Shown piece after piece: positions 43,866 through 54,442 of a stretch of DNA of 64,000 nucleotides (position 1 is the stretch's first letter; each line of letters opens with the position of its first letter). Origin of the DNA: Longimicrobiales bacterium (lineage in GTDB: Bacteria; Gemmatimonadota; Gemmatimonadetes; Longimicrobiales; Gaopeijiaceae); the NCBI GenBank assembly GCA_965202985.1, contig CBDBCF010000001.1, positions 2,855,940-2,919,939 on the forward strand, given 5' to 3'. Position numbers and translations under genes: made by a program. The notes beneath the pieces were generated by a model, which saw only the letters and a program-made list of their open reading frames with translations, was not told the DNA's origin and did not search any database.

Positions 43866-45341
43866 GTGGCGGAATCCGTAGGGCGGCTGCCCCGGCTCGT
43901 CATCCGCGTGGTCGGGGCCGCGGCGGCTTTGTTCTACCGCGTGGACCGCCACGGCCCGGCCCTGCCCCCGGGCCCGGTGATCGTGGCGGCCAACCACCCC
44001 AACAGCCTGCTGGACCCGGTGCTCGTCTTCCGGTGCAGCGAGCGCGCCACCCGCCCCTTGGCCCGGGCGCCGCTTTTCGACAAGCTCCTCCTGGGCAGCG
44101 TGATCCGCGCTCTGGGCGCGATCCCCGTCCACCGGCGCCAGGACGACCCCGACAAGATGCACTTGAACGAGGAGATGTTCCGCGCCGCGGTGGACGTGCT
44201 TCGGGGCGGCGGCGCCATTCAGGTTTACCCGGAAGGCCGTAGCTACTCCGGGGGCCGCTTGGCGGAGTTTCGGACCGGCACGGCTCGCATCGCGCTGCGG
44301 GCGGAGGCGGCCGCTGACTGGCGACTGGGGCTGTCGATCGTCCCCGTGGGCATCACCTACTCGCGCCAGGAGCGGGCCAGGACCGCGGTCGTGGTGCGGT
44401 TCGGCGAAGCCTTTGCGTGCGCCGACCTCGAAGGTGGATTTCGCCGCGACCCCGTGGCGGCGGCGCAGACGCTCACGCGGCGAATCGAGGCGGCGATCCG
44501 CGCCCAGACGCTGAACTTCGTGCATCCGGGCGACCGAGCGCTGGTGGAGCTCGCCGAGCAGATGTACGTGCGCGAAGTCCGTTGGGTGCCGTGGCGAGCG
44601 CGCGAACGGCTGGGCACGCGCTTTCCCCGTCTGCAACGCTTCGCGGCGGGGTTGGAGTGGGTCCGTCGGGAGTCGCCGGACGAGCACCGGGCGCTGGTGG
44701 GCATGGTGGAACGGTACGCCGCGCTTCACACCCACGTTGGCGCGGGCTCGGGAGACGTGCCACCCCGATACGGCCTGGTGCCCGTGGCCCGCTACATCGC
44801 GGTTCGGGGGACCCTGCTGGTCGCGGCGTTTCCGTTGGCCGCGGCGGGCCTGGCGGCATGGGTACCGGTGACCCGCCTGTCGGACTGGGTGGTGAAGCGG
44901 AGCGATCCCGAGTTCGAGGTCAAGGCCACGTACAAGTTGACGGCCCTGCTTTTCGGGGGTGCGCTCGCGTGGAGCTTGTGGATCGGACTGGCTTATGTCG
45001 CCAGCGGTGCCCTGGCTGCCGCGTTCGTGGCCGGGGCCGTCCCCGTTTGCGGTTACGTGGCGGTGCAGTGGCTGGATCTCGCGAAGGAGGTTCGCGAGGA
45101 CACCGCGCTGTTCCTGCGCCTTCGGGGTCGCCCGCATCTCCGGGAGCGCTTCGCCCGGGCACGGTTCGAGCTGGTCCGCGCGTTCCGTCGAGTGGAACGG
45201 CGACTGCTTCACGCCGAAGAAGCCGCGTCCGCGGCTCGGGGAGGCTCACTTGACGCCGGCCCGCCGCTTGAGGGCTCCCGGAAGTTGCCGTCCGCCCACG
45301 ATCGGGACAAAGTTCCGGCCTCACCCCCGTCCGACAGTTAG
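43866..45341 (+). CDS. Phospholipid/glycerol acyltransferase (PlsC-like) with C-terminal TMs
   Basis: ANHPNSLLD (NHxxxxD), YPEGRS, IVPVGITY. Confidence 0.85.
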   Translation: MAESVGRLPRLVIRVVGAAAALFYRVDRHGPALPPGPVIVAANHPNSLLDPVLVFRCSERATRPLARAPLFDKLLLGSVIRALGAIPVHRRQDDPDKMHLNEEMFRAAVDVLRGGGAIQVYPEGRSYSGGRLAEFRTGTARIALRAEAAADWRLGLSIVPVGITYSRQERARTAVVVRFGEAFACADLEGGFRRDPVAAAQTLTRRIEAAIRAQTLNFVHPGDRALVELAEQMYVREVRWVPWRARERLGTRFPRLQRFAAGLEWVRRESPDEHRALVGMVERYAALHTHVGAGSGDVPPRYGLVPVARYIAVRGTLLVAAFPLAAAGLAAWVPVTRLSDWVVKRSDPEFEVKATYKLTALLFGGALAWSLWIGLAYVASGALAAAFVAGAVPVCGYVAVQWLDLAKEVREDTALFLRLRGRPHLRERFARARFELVRAFRRVERRLLHAEEAASAARGGSLDAGPPLEGSRKLPSAHDRDKVPASPPSDS

Positions 45342-45384
45342 GATGTCGTACGAGGGCGACGCGAAGCGGACTCGAGGGCGGCGC

Positions 45385-45481
45385 GGGGGCGGATCGGGAC
45401 TGGTGTTCCGTCTGGTCTTCAAAACCAGTGCGCCCGGCTAAAATCCGGGTGGGTGGGTTCGATTCCCACACGCCCCCGCCA
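45385..45481 (+). tRNA. selC: tRNA-Sec (UCA)
   Basis: Anticodon loop CTTCAAA in stem CTGGT/ACCAG, 6-bp D stem with TGGT loop, long variable arm, GTGGG-TTCGATT-CCCAC, ends GCCA. Confidence 0.93.
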
Positions 45482-45644
45482 TCCACCGCCTCCTGCCGTC
45501 CGGCCCCTGTGGAACGTCCGGCGAGCCGCGACGCGCTCGGGTCCTGAAGTCTGCACCCCCGCCTTCGCGGATACGACCGTCCGCGGAGTTCTCGGCGCGG
45601 ATTCGAATTGCGTTGGGCTGGTATTCCGCTAAACTGACTGAGCA

Positions 45645-48227
45645 ATGACTCGAAGACACAAGCTAAGGCCGTGTTGGTTGTTCCTGCTCACGATTGCCTG
45701 CGAGTTCGGCGCCCACCCCGCCGCACCGGAACGAAGTGCGCCCGTTCCGCCACAGCCCAGCCCCGATGCCGCAATCGCTGCGGACCACGCTCCGGGAGCC
45801 TCCGTTCGCGTGTCGCCCGTGGGCTACGTCGCCTTCACCCGCTCCGGCGCCAGGGCCAAGTCCTTCGCCTTCTCCGCCCGTCTCGTGGACAGCGCGGGCG
45901 CTTCCCTGTCGATCCCGGCCGGCGGCCTCGATTGGTCGATCAGGCCCGGCCGCGCGTTTCGCGTGGAAGGCGACAGCGTGGCCGGCGACCGGCGGACGGC
46001 CAAGCTGGTCGTGCGGGCGTCGGCCGGAGGGCGCGACGCGGTGGTGGCCGGCCACGGCGCCGCCGCCGACACGGCGTTCGCCGAGAACTGGGAATGGATG
46101 ACGCCCGACTTCCAGTGGGAAGGCGACCTGTGGACTCCCGCGGGCGAGTCGCGATGCGCCCGGGTCTCGCAGGCGAGCGGCGCCTCGGAGATCGCCTTGG
46201 CGGACTTCGATCTGTACGTCGCGTCCTTCGACCCGGCCGCCGTCCAAGTGGACTCGGCCTCGCTGGTGTCGGGCGGTCGAGCCGTGCGCGTCTGCTTCAC
46301 CGCGCGCGGCTCCGGCGCCACCGGCCTGGCCATGGCCGGACGGGACGCGGCCAACCACCGCTTCTGGGGGTGGCACCGCGATCACGTCGTCTTGGCCCCT
46401 CCGCTCTCTCTGGGCTTCGAGCACGGCGAGCAGTACGAAATCGGCATCGGGCAGCGTACCGACCTGAACGCGCGCCTTCAAGACGGCCACGGCGCTTCGG
46501 TTGTCTTGGACGACGCAAGCGCCGTCTCCTGGACCAGCGGCGACGCGGCAGTGGCCACCGTGAGCGGCAACGGCGCGGTCGTCGGCGTCGCCTCCGGGAC
46601 GGCGGCAGTGTCGGCGGCGTACCGGAGCCTGACCCGCCGCGCCGTCGTGGACGTGTACGAAATCACGGGCGGGCGAGTCGGCGAAGAGATCGTCTGCATC
46701 TCGACGCGACGGGGCGCCGTGAGGTGCTGGGGCCACAGCGAAGAGGATATGCTGGGCTACGCCGTCGGCGACACCGAGATCGTCGTGCGACCGACGCAGG
46801 TGGCCAACGTGGACATGGGTGCCAGAGTCCGAGCAGTCTTCAATGCAAGCAGCCGCGCCGCGTGCGCCATCACGGCCTCGACGGAGCTTCGTTGCTGGGG
46901 GAACGGCAACTGGGGCTCGCTGGGTTATGGGAACGACCGGAACTTCGGCAAGTACTCGGTCCCGCGAGCCGCAGGTCCCGTCCCGCTGGGAGGCACCCCG
47001 GCCTACGTGGGCGGAGGCCCGGCCGACCACTTCTGCACGGTGCTGGTTTCCGGCGGCCTGCGTTGCGTGGGCAGCAACTTGGCGGGGCAGGTGGGCTACG
47101 GCGTGTCTCACGCGGCCAACCGGGTCGTGGGCGACAACGAGACGCCGGCCGCGATGGGCGACGTGCCCTTGGGCGGCAAGGCGGTTCACGTGGCCACGGG
47201 AGGAAGGGCGGGGATGACCTGCGCCGCGCTGGAGAACGGGCGCGGACGGTGCTGGGGGATCAACGCCAACGACTGGGTTCCCGCGACGGCCACCGTGGAG
47301 ACGCCGACGTACGGCCTGGGGTACGGACGCGCACAGGGGTACGACTCCCCGATCGGCGACGACGAGACCCCGGCGGACGTGGGGGACCTGCCCGTGGAAG
47401 GCCGTATCGTCCAGTTCGCGGTAGGCGGCTACCACATCTGCGCTCTGCTGGAAGGCGGCTCGGTTCGGTGCTGGGGAAGCAACTACCACGGCAACTTGGG
47501 CGCGGGACGGGGCGCCCACGAGTACGCTGCGGACGCCGCCGAGTCGGTGGAGCTGGTCTTCCCGCATCCCGTGGTGCAGATCCAGGCCGGTTGGTCCCAC
47601 ACTTGCGTGCTCATGGAGAACGGGGCCGTTCGCTGCTGGGGTGCCAACTTCGACGGTGCCCTGGGACTGGGGGACACGCGAGGGCGGGGGATCACCGAGT
47701 CCGCCGAGTTCGTTGAAAACGTGCGACTCGGGGGTCCGGCCGTCCGGCTTCTGGGCTCGGGCCAGTACGAGAACTGCGTCGTCATGCGGGCGGGCGGGCT
47801 GCGCTGCTGGGGCGCCAACTGGAATGGCCACTTCGGCTACCCCTTCAAGGAGGATGTGGGCGACGACGAGCACCCGGCGGATGTGGGCGACATCTTGGTG
47901 TTCCCGGGGCCGGTTCCGGCAGGGCGCCTGGGGACGACGAACTTGCCCGGCCGGGCATTCGGAGCGCCGCCGCCCGCCGTTGCCGCGTTGCCGTCAGTTG
48001 CGCTTCCGGTGCCCACGTCGGCCCCGCCTCCCCCGGTTCTGGTGATCGACTGGGAGGAGTGGAAAGAAGTCCGACGCCGTAGCGCGCCCGGCAACGCCGG
48101 GTCGCAAGGCTGGCCCACCCAAGGCCCGCTCCGACCGTGGGTCGGCCCCCTGGTCGGCGCCGGCGGCTGGATCGCGCCCTCGGCGGTGCCGGCGTCCACG
48201 GCGTGGATCAAGGTCGCAAAGCGATGA
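45645..48227 (+). CDS. Secreted RCC1-repeat / Ig-like domain protein
   Basis: Multiple HxC...GxVRCWG.N..G.LG repeats; Big_2-like WTSGDAAVATVSGNGAV; lipobox-like TIAC. Confidence 0.85.
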   Translation: MTRRHKLRPCWLFLLTIACEFGAHPAAPERSAPVPPQPSPDAAIAADHAPGASVRVSPVGYVAFTRSGARAKSFAFSARLVDSAGASLSIPAGGLDWSIRPGRAFRVEGDSVAGDRRTAKLVVRASAGGRDAVVAGHGAAADTAFAENWEWMTPDFQWEGDLWTPAGESRCARVSQASGASEIALADFDLYVASFDPAAVQVDSASLVSGGRAVRVCFTARGSGATGLAMAGRDAANHRFWGWHRDHVVLAPPLSLGFEHGEQYEIGIGQRTDLNARLQDGHGASVVLDDASAVSWTSGDAAVATVSGNGAVVGVASGTAAVSAAYRSLTRRAVVDVYEITGGRVGEEIVCISTRRGAVRCWGHSEEDMLGYAVGDTEIVVRPTQVANVDMGARVRAVFNASSRAACAITASTELRCWGNGNWGSLGYGNDRNFGKYSVPRAAGPVPLGGTPAYVGGGPADHFCTVLVSGGLRCVGSNLAGQVGYGVSHAANRVVGDNETPAAMGDVPLGGKAVHVATGGRAGMTCAALENGRGRCWGINANDWVPATATVETPTYGLGYGRAQGYDSPIGDDETPADVGDLPVEGRIVQFAVGGYHICALLEGGSVRCWGSNYHGNLGAGRGAHEYAADAAESVELVFPHPVVQIQAGWSHTCVLMENGAVRCWGANFDGALGLGDTRGRGITESAEFVENVRLGGPAVRLLGSGQYENCVVMRAGGLRCWGANWNGHFGYPFKEDVGDDEHPADVGDILVFPGPVPAGRLGTTNLPGRAFGAPPPAVAALPSVALPVPTSAPPPPVLVIDWEEWKEVRRRSAPGNAGSQGWPTQGPLRPWVGPLVGAGGWIAPSAVPASTAWIKVAKR

Positions 48228-50632
48228 GTCGCCGCCGCCGTCCGGCTCGGGTCCTCCTAGCGGTGCCCCTGGCGTGGCTGGCCGCCTGCGGCGGAGGAGA
48301 CGACGGCGGCGGCTCCACGGTGACGCCTCCGCCGCCCGTCGCCGTGGCGTCCATCGACCTGACCGCGACGACCACGGAGCCCGCCGTCGGGACCTCCGTT
48401 CCCGTGACCGCCCACGCCCGGGACGCCTCGGGCTCGCCCGTGGCCGGCGTGGGCATCGGTTTCACGGTCGGCGCCTCATCGGGAAGCGTGTCGCCCGCAT
48501 CCGCAACGACCGACGCCTCCGGGGCCGCTTCCGCCACCTGGACGGTGGGCACCGCTCCGGGGCAGCAGACGCTCACGGCGCGGTCGGCCAGCATCTCCAA
48601 GAGCTTGACCGCGAGCGTGGTGCCCGGCCCCCCGGCCCGGGTCGTCGCCGACGGCGAGACGGAGGTCGTGGCCGATGTCGGTGCCACCTTGGTGGACGCG
48701 GTGGCGGTCGTCGCCCGAGACCGGTACGGCAACCCGACACCGAACGTGGAGGTCGCCTTCCAGGTCGTGGCTGGCGGCGGCGGCGCCAACCCCGCCGTCG
48801 GGCGAACCAACACCGCAGGCCGGGCGTCGACGACCTGGACGCTGGGAGCGGCCCCGGGCCGGAACGTCTTGGACGCCAGGGTGGGCGACCTGGATGCCGT
48901 GACGTTCGTCGCCCACGCCTTCGGAAACGCGCTGGCGATCCTGCGAGCCAGGCAGGAGCGTTGGCCCGAAAGCGACGAGATCGCCCTCGAGGGGTGGCGG
49001 ATGGAGCGGATCTCCGACGCGGTGGTGACGGTGGACGGCGCTCCGCCGGCCGAGATCGTGGTCCTGGACTCGGCCCGCGCCGTGATCCGCCAGGCGCCCC
49101 TTCCCGCTTGGAGGGCCGCCGGCTGCGCCCTGGAGCGCCCAGGGGAGCTGGCGGTCGTCGCCCCGAGCACGGCGTTCAACGCGCAGGTCAGGCGCCTCCA
49201 CGGCCCGGTCGTCGCGCTCCGCGCGGGCGAGGAGCACCGCTTCGACGGCAACGAGACGTGCCTCCGCGTCGCGGGCGGCCGGGGGGGAGGGGGGGGCTAC
49301 GTGCTGGCCGCAGTGGACCGCGCCTACATCGACGACGCGCGCCACGTCTCCGAGGAGTGGCACTACCGAGGCGGCGCTCCCTTCCACATGCTGCTGGCCG
49401 ACAGCACGTCCGGGGCCGGGGCGCCCCATCGAGTCCGCGCGCGGTCGGCGGTGCCCACGCCCGATCCGACGGCCCGGCGCCCGGATCACGTGCGCGTCCA
49501 CCAGCCCGGGGCGTTCGCCGTTCAGGAAGACGTGTACCAGCGCGCCACGCCCTACGTGGTGGACGAAGAGTTCGACTGGTACACCGGAGACGGGCGCGAA
49601 GGCACGTTCCGCGTCATGGCGCTCTACCCGCCGAACGTGGTCCTCGCCGTCTTCAAGGACGACCTGTCGTCCCTGTGGACCGACGCACGCGCCCTGGCCA
49701 TGGACTCGCTCTTCATGTCCCTGGGGTCGCCCGAGGTCCAGGCGATCTACGAGGCCTCCTTCGGCGAGGGTCCCGCCGAGACCAGCGCCGAGACCGGCCA
49801 GATGCTGGTGATGTTCCACGACGGCGACCCTTCGGACGCCACGGGCTTGACCTACTCGGCGTCGAACTACCGCCAGTCCACGGTGCACTTCCGCCGCAAC
49901 CCCTACTGGGACGACAACTCCTGGTACTACAGCCTGGTGGCTCACGAACTCGGCCACGCCTGGCAGTTCAAGGCGGTCGGGCGTGTGAGCGCGGTGTGGA
50001 GCGGCGAAGGGATCGCCAACTGGATCGCCCAAGAGAGGCTCCGACACGTGGTGGGCCTCGAGCTGGACGCCAACCACAACGCGCATGTGGAGCTGCAGGG
50101 CTGGCCTCTTCGGCTTCCCGAGACCGGCGACTTCGTGGCCGGATACCGCGAGAGCCATCCCTTCCTTGCGTTCCTGGTGACGCGGCTCGTGCTCGACCAC
50201 GGTCAGTCGTACGCCGCCGCTGCCCGCCGGGTCGTGGTGGGGGCGTCCGAAGGCTGGCACGGGCGCTACTTCACGGCCTACGACGCGATCGAATACGACC
50301 CTGCCGGAGGGCTGACCAACCGCATGCGCCAAGTCGTGGACGGGTGGGACGCGGTCGAAGCCCGCCTGGACTGGATGGTCTCCTTCGCCCTGGACGACCG
50401 AAGCAGCCTAGGTCGCTACCGCACTCCCTTCGTGCGAGGCGCGTCGCAGCACTACAGACCGTACCACAGCTTCCACATGGGAAGAAGCGCCAGCGTCTCC
50501 GAGAACTTCGCCGGCGGCGGCAACTATTATTTCGAGCTCGTGGGCGACGGCGCCTTGCACATCGTGGCGAACGACGGCGCGACGCTTGCGGACGGGCCCC
50601 GGATGGCCTGGAAGCTGGTGAGGTGGCGGTAG
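48224..50632 (+). CDS. Ig-like (Big_1) lipoprotein with HExxH metallopeptidase domain
   Basis: Lipobox LAAC; TTDASGAASATWT repeats; AHELGHAW...WSGEGIA gluzincin-like motif. Confidence 0.75.
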   Translation: MSRRRRPARVLLAVPLAWLAACGGGDDGGGSTVTPPPPVAVASIDLTATTTEPAVGTSVPVTAHARDASGSPVAGVGIGFTVGASSGSVSPASATTDASGAASATWTVGTAPGQQTLTARSASISKSLTASVVPGPPARVVADGETEVVADVGATLVDAVAVVARDRYGNPTPNVEVAFQVVAGGGGANPAVGRTNTAGRASTTWTLGAAPGRNVLDARVGDLDAVTFVAHAFGNALAILRARQERWPESDEIALEGWRMERISDAVVTVDGAPPAEIVVLDSARAVIRQAPLPAWRAAGCALERPGELAVVAPSTAFNAQVRRLHGPVVALRAGEEHRFDGNETCLRVAGGRGGGGGYVLAAVDRAYIDDARHVSEEWHYRGGAPFHMLLADSTSGAGAPHRVRARSAVPTPDPTARRPDHVRVHQPGAFAVQEDVYQRATPYVVDEEFDWYTGDGREGTFRVMALYPPNVVLAVFKDDLSSLWTDARALAMDSLFMSLGSPEVQAIYEASFGEGPAETSAETGQMLVMFHDGDPSDATGLTYSASNYRQSTVHFRRNPYWDDNSWYYSLVAHELGHAWQFKAVGRVSAVWSGEGIANWIAQERLRHVVGLELDANHNAHVELQGWPLRLPETGDFVAGYRESHPFLAFLVTRLVLDHGQSYAAAARRVVVGASEGWHGRYFTAYDAIEYDPAGGLTNRMRQVVDGWDAVEARLDWMVSFALDDRSSLGRYRTPFVRGASQHYRPYHSFHMGRSASVSENFAGGGNYYFELVGDGALHIVANDGATLADGPRMAWKLVRWR

Positions 50633-50666
50633 CGAAGTCCAGAGTTCCTACGCTGTCTTTCCGCCA

Positions 50667-51611
50667 ATGAGCATAGGTCCGGTCCACGTCGTCGTCAATC
50701 CGACCTCGGCGGGAGGGCGAGGCCGCAAGGCGGGGCGCAGAATCCTCGAAGCGCTAGCCGGGTCGGTTCCCATTCAACCGCGCTTCACCGGGTCTCCCGG
50801 TCACGCTTGTCGCTTGGCTGCCGAAGCGGCCGCGGCCGGAGCGTCCCGGATTCTCGTGGTGGGCGGAGACGGAACCGTGCACGAAGTGGCGGCCGGGCTG
50901 CTGGGGTCGGGGCGGGAGGTCTTGCCGCCCGTGGCCGTCCATCCGGTGGGCACCGGGAACGACTTCTTTCGCATGACGCGGGGGGGACGTCGCCCCGAGG
51001 ACGCGCTTGCCTTGTTGCGAAACGGGGTCGTGAAGCGCTTCGACGTGGGCCTCGTGCGATGGGAGGGCGGGGAGCGGACCTTCGTCAACCTCCTTGGGCT
51101 GGGCGTGGACGTGGACGTGCTTCGGCGCCGGTCCAAGTACGCCCGGTTGCCGGGGCTGGCCCAGTACTTGGCGGCGTTCCTGGACGCCGTTGTCGGCTTT
51201 CGCCCGCCGGACGTGCGGATCGACGCCAGGGGAGGCGCATGCGGCGACGGCGGCAACGTCACCCTCTCCGGTCCCGCCACGCTCGCGACGGTCACCGTGG
51301 GCCCCTCGATCGGCGGCGGGTTCATGATCAGCCCCGAGGCCCGGGCCTCCGACGGACTCCTCGATCTGTGCCACGTGGCGGCCCTGAACTGGCGCCAGGC
51401 GGTCGGCTTGGCGCCCCGCGCGATCCGGGGGACTCACGGCGCCTCGGAGCAGGTCACCCTCGGCCGCCTCAAGGAAGCCGTCGTGCGACCGGCGAACGCC
51501 GAGCCGATCCACTTCGAGCTGGACGGCGAACTGATCCCGACGCCAGCCCGAGAACTTCGCATTCGGGTGATGCCCGGCGCACTGCCGGTGCTGGTTCCCG
51601 CCCGTGCTTGA
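50667..51611 (+). CDS. Diacylglycerol/lipid kinase family protein
   Basis: VNPTSAGG, GGDGTVHEV, PVGTGNDF, DGLLD, ELDGE. Confidence 0.9.
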   Translation: MSIGPVHVVVNPTSAGGRGRKAGRRILEALAGSVPIQPRFTGSPGHACRLAAEAAAAGASRILVVGGDGTVHEVAAGLLGSGREVLPPVAVHPVGTGNDFFRMTRGGRRPEDALALLRNGVVKRFDVGLVRWEGGERTFVNLLGLGVDVDVLRRRSKYARLPGLAQYLAAFLDAVVGFRPPDVRIDARGGACGDGGNVTLSGPATLATVTVGPSIGGGFMISPEARASDGLLDLCHVAALNWRQAVGLAPRAIRGTHGASEQVTLGRLKEAVVRPANAEPIHFELDGELIPTPARELRIRVMPGALPVLVPARA

Positions 51612-52302
51612 AGGCGTGGCCCGAAGGCTCATCCTTGCAGCCGCCTTGGCCGTCGCCTCGGCCCTGGCGGTGGGGCTGGTGGTTTCCGGCGGCGCGGTCG
51701 CGGCCCAACAAACGACCGAAGCCGGCGACAGCGTCCTGGTCCCGCCCGGCCCCCGGTCGCCGTCCGACTCCGCCTCGGGTCCAGGTCCGGCCGGGGCGTT
51801 CCTGCGCGGCGTCCTGGTCCCCGGCTGGGGGCACGCGGCGTCCGACGCAACCACACGCGGCGTCTTCTACTTCGGCGCCGAGTCCCTGGCAGGATGGATG
51901 CTCTACAAGACCGCCCGCCGTCTCGGTACGGCTCGGGAGCAAGCCGCCCTTTGGGAAGAACGGGTCGGCCAAGCGCTGGTTGCACAGGGCGTTTCGGAGT
52001 CGGTGGAGCTGGAGGCGGCTCTGGAGGCCGACGACGACGTGGCGCGAGCCCGAGGACTAGTATCCGCGCGCGAAGAGCAGCGGGAAGACTGGCTGGCGGT
52101 GGCGATCTTCACGTTGCTGGTGTCGGGGCTGGACGCCTTCGTTTCGGCCCACCTCCAGGAGTTCCCCGAGCCCCTGACGATCGAAGGCGACCCGGCAGGC
52201 GGGCGCGTCGAGGTCGGCTTCCGAGTTCCCGCGACTCCCTGGCGGGGTCGGCCTACCCCTGCCACTCGTGGAGCACCGGCCTCCCCGACTCGCCGATGGT
52301 GA
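51604..52302 (+). CDS. Hypothetical membrane protein (DUF5683-like)
   Basis: LVPGWGH...DAFVSAHL pattern. Confidence 0.6.
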   Translation: MLEGVARRLILAAALAVASALAVGLVVSGGAVAAQQTTEAGDSVLVPPGPRSPSDSASGPGPAGAFLRGVLVPGWGHAASDATTRGVFYFGAESLAGWMLYKTARRLGTAREQAALWEERVGQALVAQGVSESVELEAALEADDDVARARGLVSAREEQREDWLAVAIFTLLVSGLDAFVSAHLQEFPEPLTIEGDPAGGRVEVGFRVPATPWRGRPTPATRGAPASPTRRW

Positions 52303-53005
52303 CGTACGACCTGTGAATCACCCAGTCGCCGGAGTTGACGTAGAAGCGCCCGGGCGCAAGCTCCTGCACGACGGGGGCGTGGCTGTGGCCCAGCGCGACG
52401 ATGTCCAGGTCCGGCTCGTCCTTCAACTTGGCGGCCGCCCACGCCGCCAGGAACGCGACCCGCCGAGGGTTGGGCGGGGCCGACGCGCCGCTCGGACCGG
52501 TTCCTTCTCGAACCCGAGTCCGCGACACTCGATCGGCGACCCACGCGCCGACGTCGGGGTGCAGCCACTTGAACAGTCGCCGCGTGACGCGCCCCCGCAA
52601 CACGAGCCGCAGCAGCCGATACCCCAAGTCACCCTTCCCCAGCCCGTCTCCGTGAGCCAGGTACGCGGACTTGCTTCCAAGCCGCAATCGCAGCGGCTCC
52701 TGGTGGAACTCGATCCCCAGGCGGTCCCGCAGGTACGCGCCTCCCCACCAGTCGTGGTTGCCGCCCATGAGGAGCACGGGAACGCCCGCGTCCACCAAGT
52801 CCGCCAGGAGGGCGAGGACCCGCACGTGTTCGCCGGGCACCACGCGCCCGTACTCGAACCAGAAGTCGAAGAGGTCGCCGTTGACGATCAGCCGACTCGC
52901 GGACGCCTTTGCGTGGAGGAGCCAGCGCCGAAAGGCGGCCTCGGTGGCGCCGGGGACCGCTCCAAGGTGGATGTCGGATACGAGGAACACGGGCTTGGAC
53001 GACAT
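52253..53005 (-). CDS. lpxH: UDP-2,3-diacylglucosamine diphosphatase
   Basis: SDIHLG, GDLFDFWFEY, GNHD, HGDG, GHSH, NSGDW. Confidence 0.88.
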   Translation of the reverse strand: MSSKPVFLVSDIHLGAVPGATEAAFRRWLLHAKASASRLIVNGDLFDFWFEYGRVVPGEHVRVLALLADLVDAGVPVLLMGGNHDWWGGAYLRDRLGIEFHQEPLRLRLGSKSAYLAHGDGLGKGDLGYRLLRLVLRGRVTRRLFKWLHPDVGAWVADRVSRTRVREGTGPSGASAPPNPRRVAFLAAWAAAKLKDEPDLDIVALGHSHAPVVQELAPGRFYVNSGDWVIHRSYVTIGESGRPVLHEWQG

Positions 53006-53843
53006 GACTGCCGAAGCTAGGCGCACGCGGCGAAAGGCGGTAGAGAAGGGGCGCTACGGTCCGGGCCCCCTTCCGGCAGCCGCATGCGCCGCCCGGCAAC
53101 CTGCCGCCCGAACCCTTGCCGGACGACGTCGGACCGTCCCGTGCCTCGTCGCGCTCCTCTGCGTCGGTTTGGCCGTCGCGACCTCGGCGTGCGTTGCGGG
53201 AAGAGGTGCGCCCCCGACGGCGGAGCCTCCGCCGGACCCGCGCCGCCACGTCCTGGTCGCCGAGCACTCGACCCGACTTCGCCAGCCCAGCAAGCTCGTC
53301 TTCAGGTGGAACGCGCGGGAGCCGGACTTTCGCGGGTCGGGAGTGGGGGTGGCCCGCGTGGAGCCCCCCTATCGAGCGCGCCTGGACCTCTTCCTGGACA
53401 ACGGGGAGAGCGCCGCCGTCGCCGGCTTGGTGGGCGACCAACTTCGCATCCCCGGGGACGTGTCTCCCGCGCTGGTGCCGCCGCCGGCGTTGCTGTGGGC
53501 GGCGTTCGGGGTCTTCCGTCCCGGCGACGACGCCGAGTTCGCGAGCGGACGGGTAGAAGGAGGCCGGCTCGAAGTCGAGTATGCGCTGCCCGCCGGCGAC
53601 CGCCTGCGGTTTCGGTTGCGAAACGGCGTGGTGCGGGAAGCCGCGCGCCTGGAAGACGGCGCGGTGGTCGAGCGGGTTACCGTGTCGGGCGAGAGAAGCG
53701 CGCCGGGGCTCGAAGGGGGGTCCTACCCTTCGGACGCCACCTATCGTAATCTACCGGACGTCCGCGAACTCAAGCTGGAGCTGGAATCGGTCGAACATGT
53801 GGACCCCTTTCCGCCGGACATCTGGGACCCGGCCGGCCCGTGA
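53004..53843 (+). CDS. Hypothetical lipoprotein; start uncertain
   Basis: Hydrophobic segment with TSAC lipobox; EPPYRARLDLF; ends FPPDIW. Confidence 0.55.
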   Translation: MTAEARRTRRKAVEKGRYGPGPLPAAACAARQPAARTLAGRRRTVPCLVALLCVGLAVATSACVAGRGAPPTAEPPPDPRRHVLVAEHSTRLRQPSKLVFRWNAREPDFRGSGVGVARVEPPYRARLDLFLDNGESAAVAGLVGDQLRIPGDVSPALVPPPALLWAAFGVFRPGDDAEFASGRVEGGRLEVEYALPAGDRLRFRLRNGVVREAARLEDGAVVERVTVSGERSAPGLEGGSYPSDATYRNLPDVRELKLELESVEHVDPFPPDIWDPAGP

Positions 53844-54366
53844 GCCTGGCCTCCGCGCCACGGGTCGGGCGTGGACGGCCGCTGTCGCAGCGGCAACGGC
53901 GCTCTCCGCGTGCAACTACTCGTTCCGGGCCGGCGCCGGCTTGCCCGAACACGTGCGCACGCTGGCCGTGGTCCCGTTCGAGAACGAGACCGCCCGCTTC
54001 GAACTGACCCAGGAAGTCCACCAAGCTCTCCTTCGCCAGGTTCCTCGGTCCTTGGGGCTGACCCAGGCGGGCGAAGAGTCCGCAGACGCCGTCCTCAGCG
54101 GCGCCATCCTCCGGTACGAGCTCACGGCGCCCCTGTACAGGCGGGGGGCCGAATCCGAGAACCTTCAAGTCCTCCAGCGCGAAGTCGTGATGGTGGTGCA
54201 GGTCGAGCTCCTGGACCGGACGGAGAACGTCATCCTGTGGGACCAGCAGCAGCTGCGAGTCCAAGGACAGTACCTGGACGCCAGCGAGACCGAAGACGTG
54301 GGGCGGGCGGAAGCCGTCGAACTCCTCGTGCAAGAGATAGTGGACGGCGCCCAGTCCAACTGGTAG
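53797..54366 (+). CDS. lptE: LptE family LPS-assembly lipoprotein; start uncertain
   Basis: LSAC-NYSF..G.LP.HVRTLAVVPFENET; ends QSNW. Confidence 0.75.
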   Translation: MWTPFRRTSGTRPAREPGLRATGRAWTAAVAAATALSACNYSFRAGAGLPEHVRTLAVVPFENETARFELTQEVHQALLRQVPRSLGLTQAGEESADAVLSGAILRYELTAPLYRRGAESENLQVLQREVVMVVQVELLDRTENVILWDQQQLRVQGQYLDASETEDVGRAEAVELLVQEIVDGAQSNW

Positions 54367-54442
54367 ATTCGCCGCCGCGGCCCCCAAAGGGTCGGCCTGC
54401 CGCGCCAACGACAACCCCCAACTCTCGAGACGCCCCCCGGAG

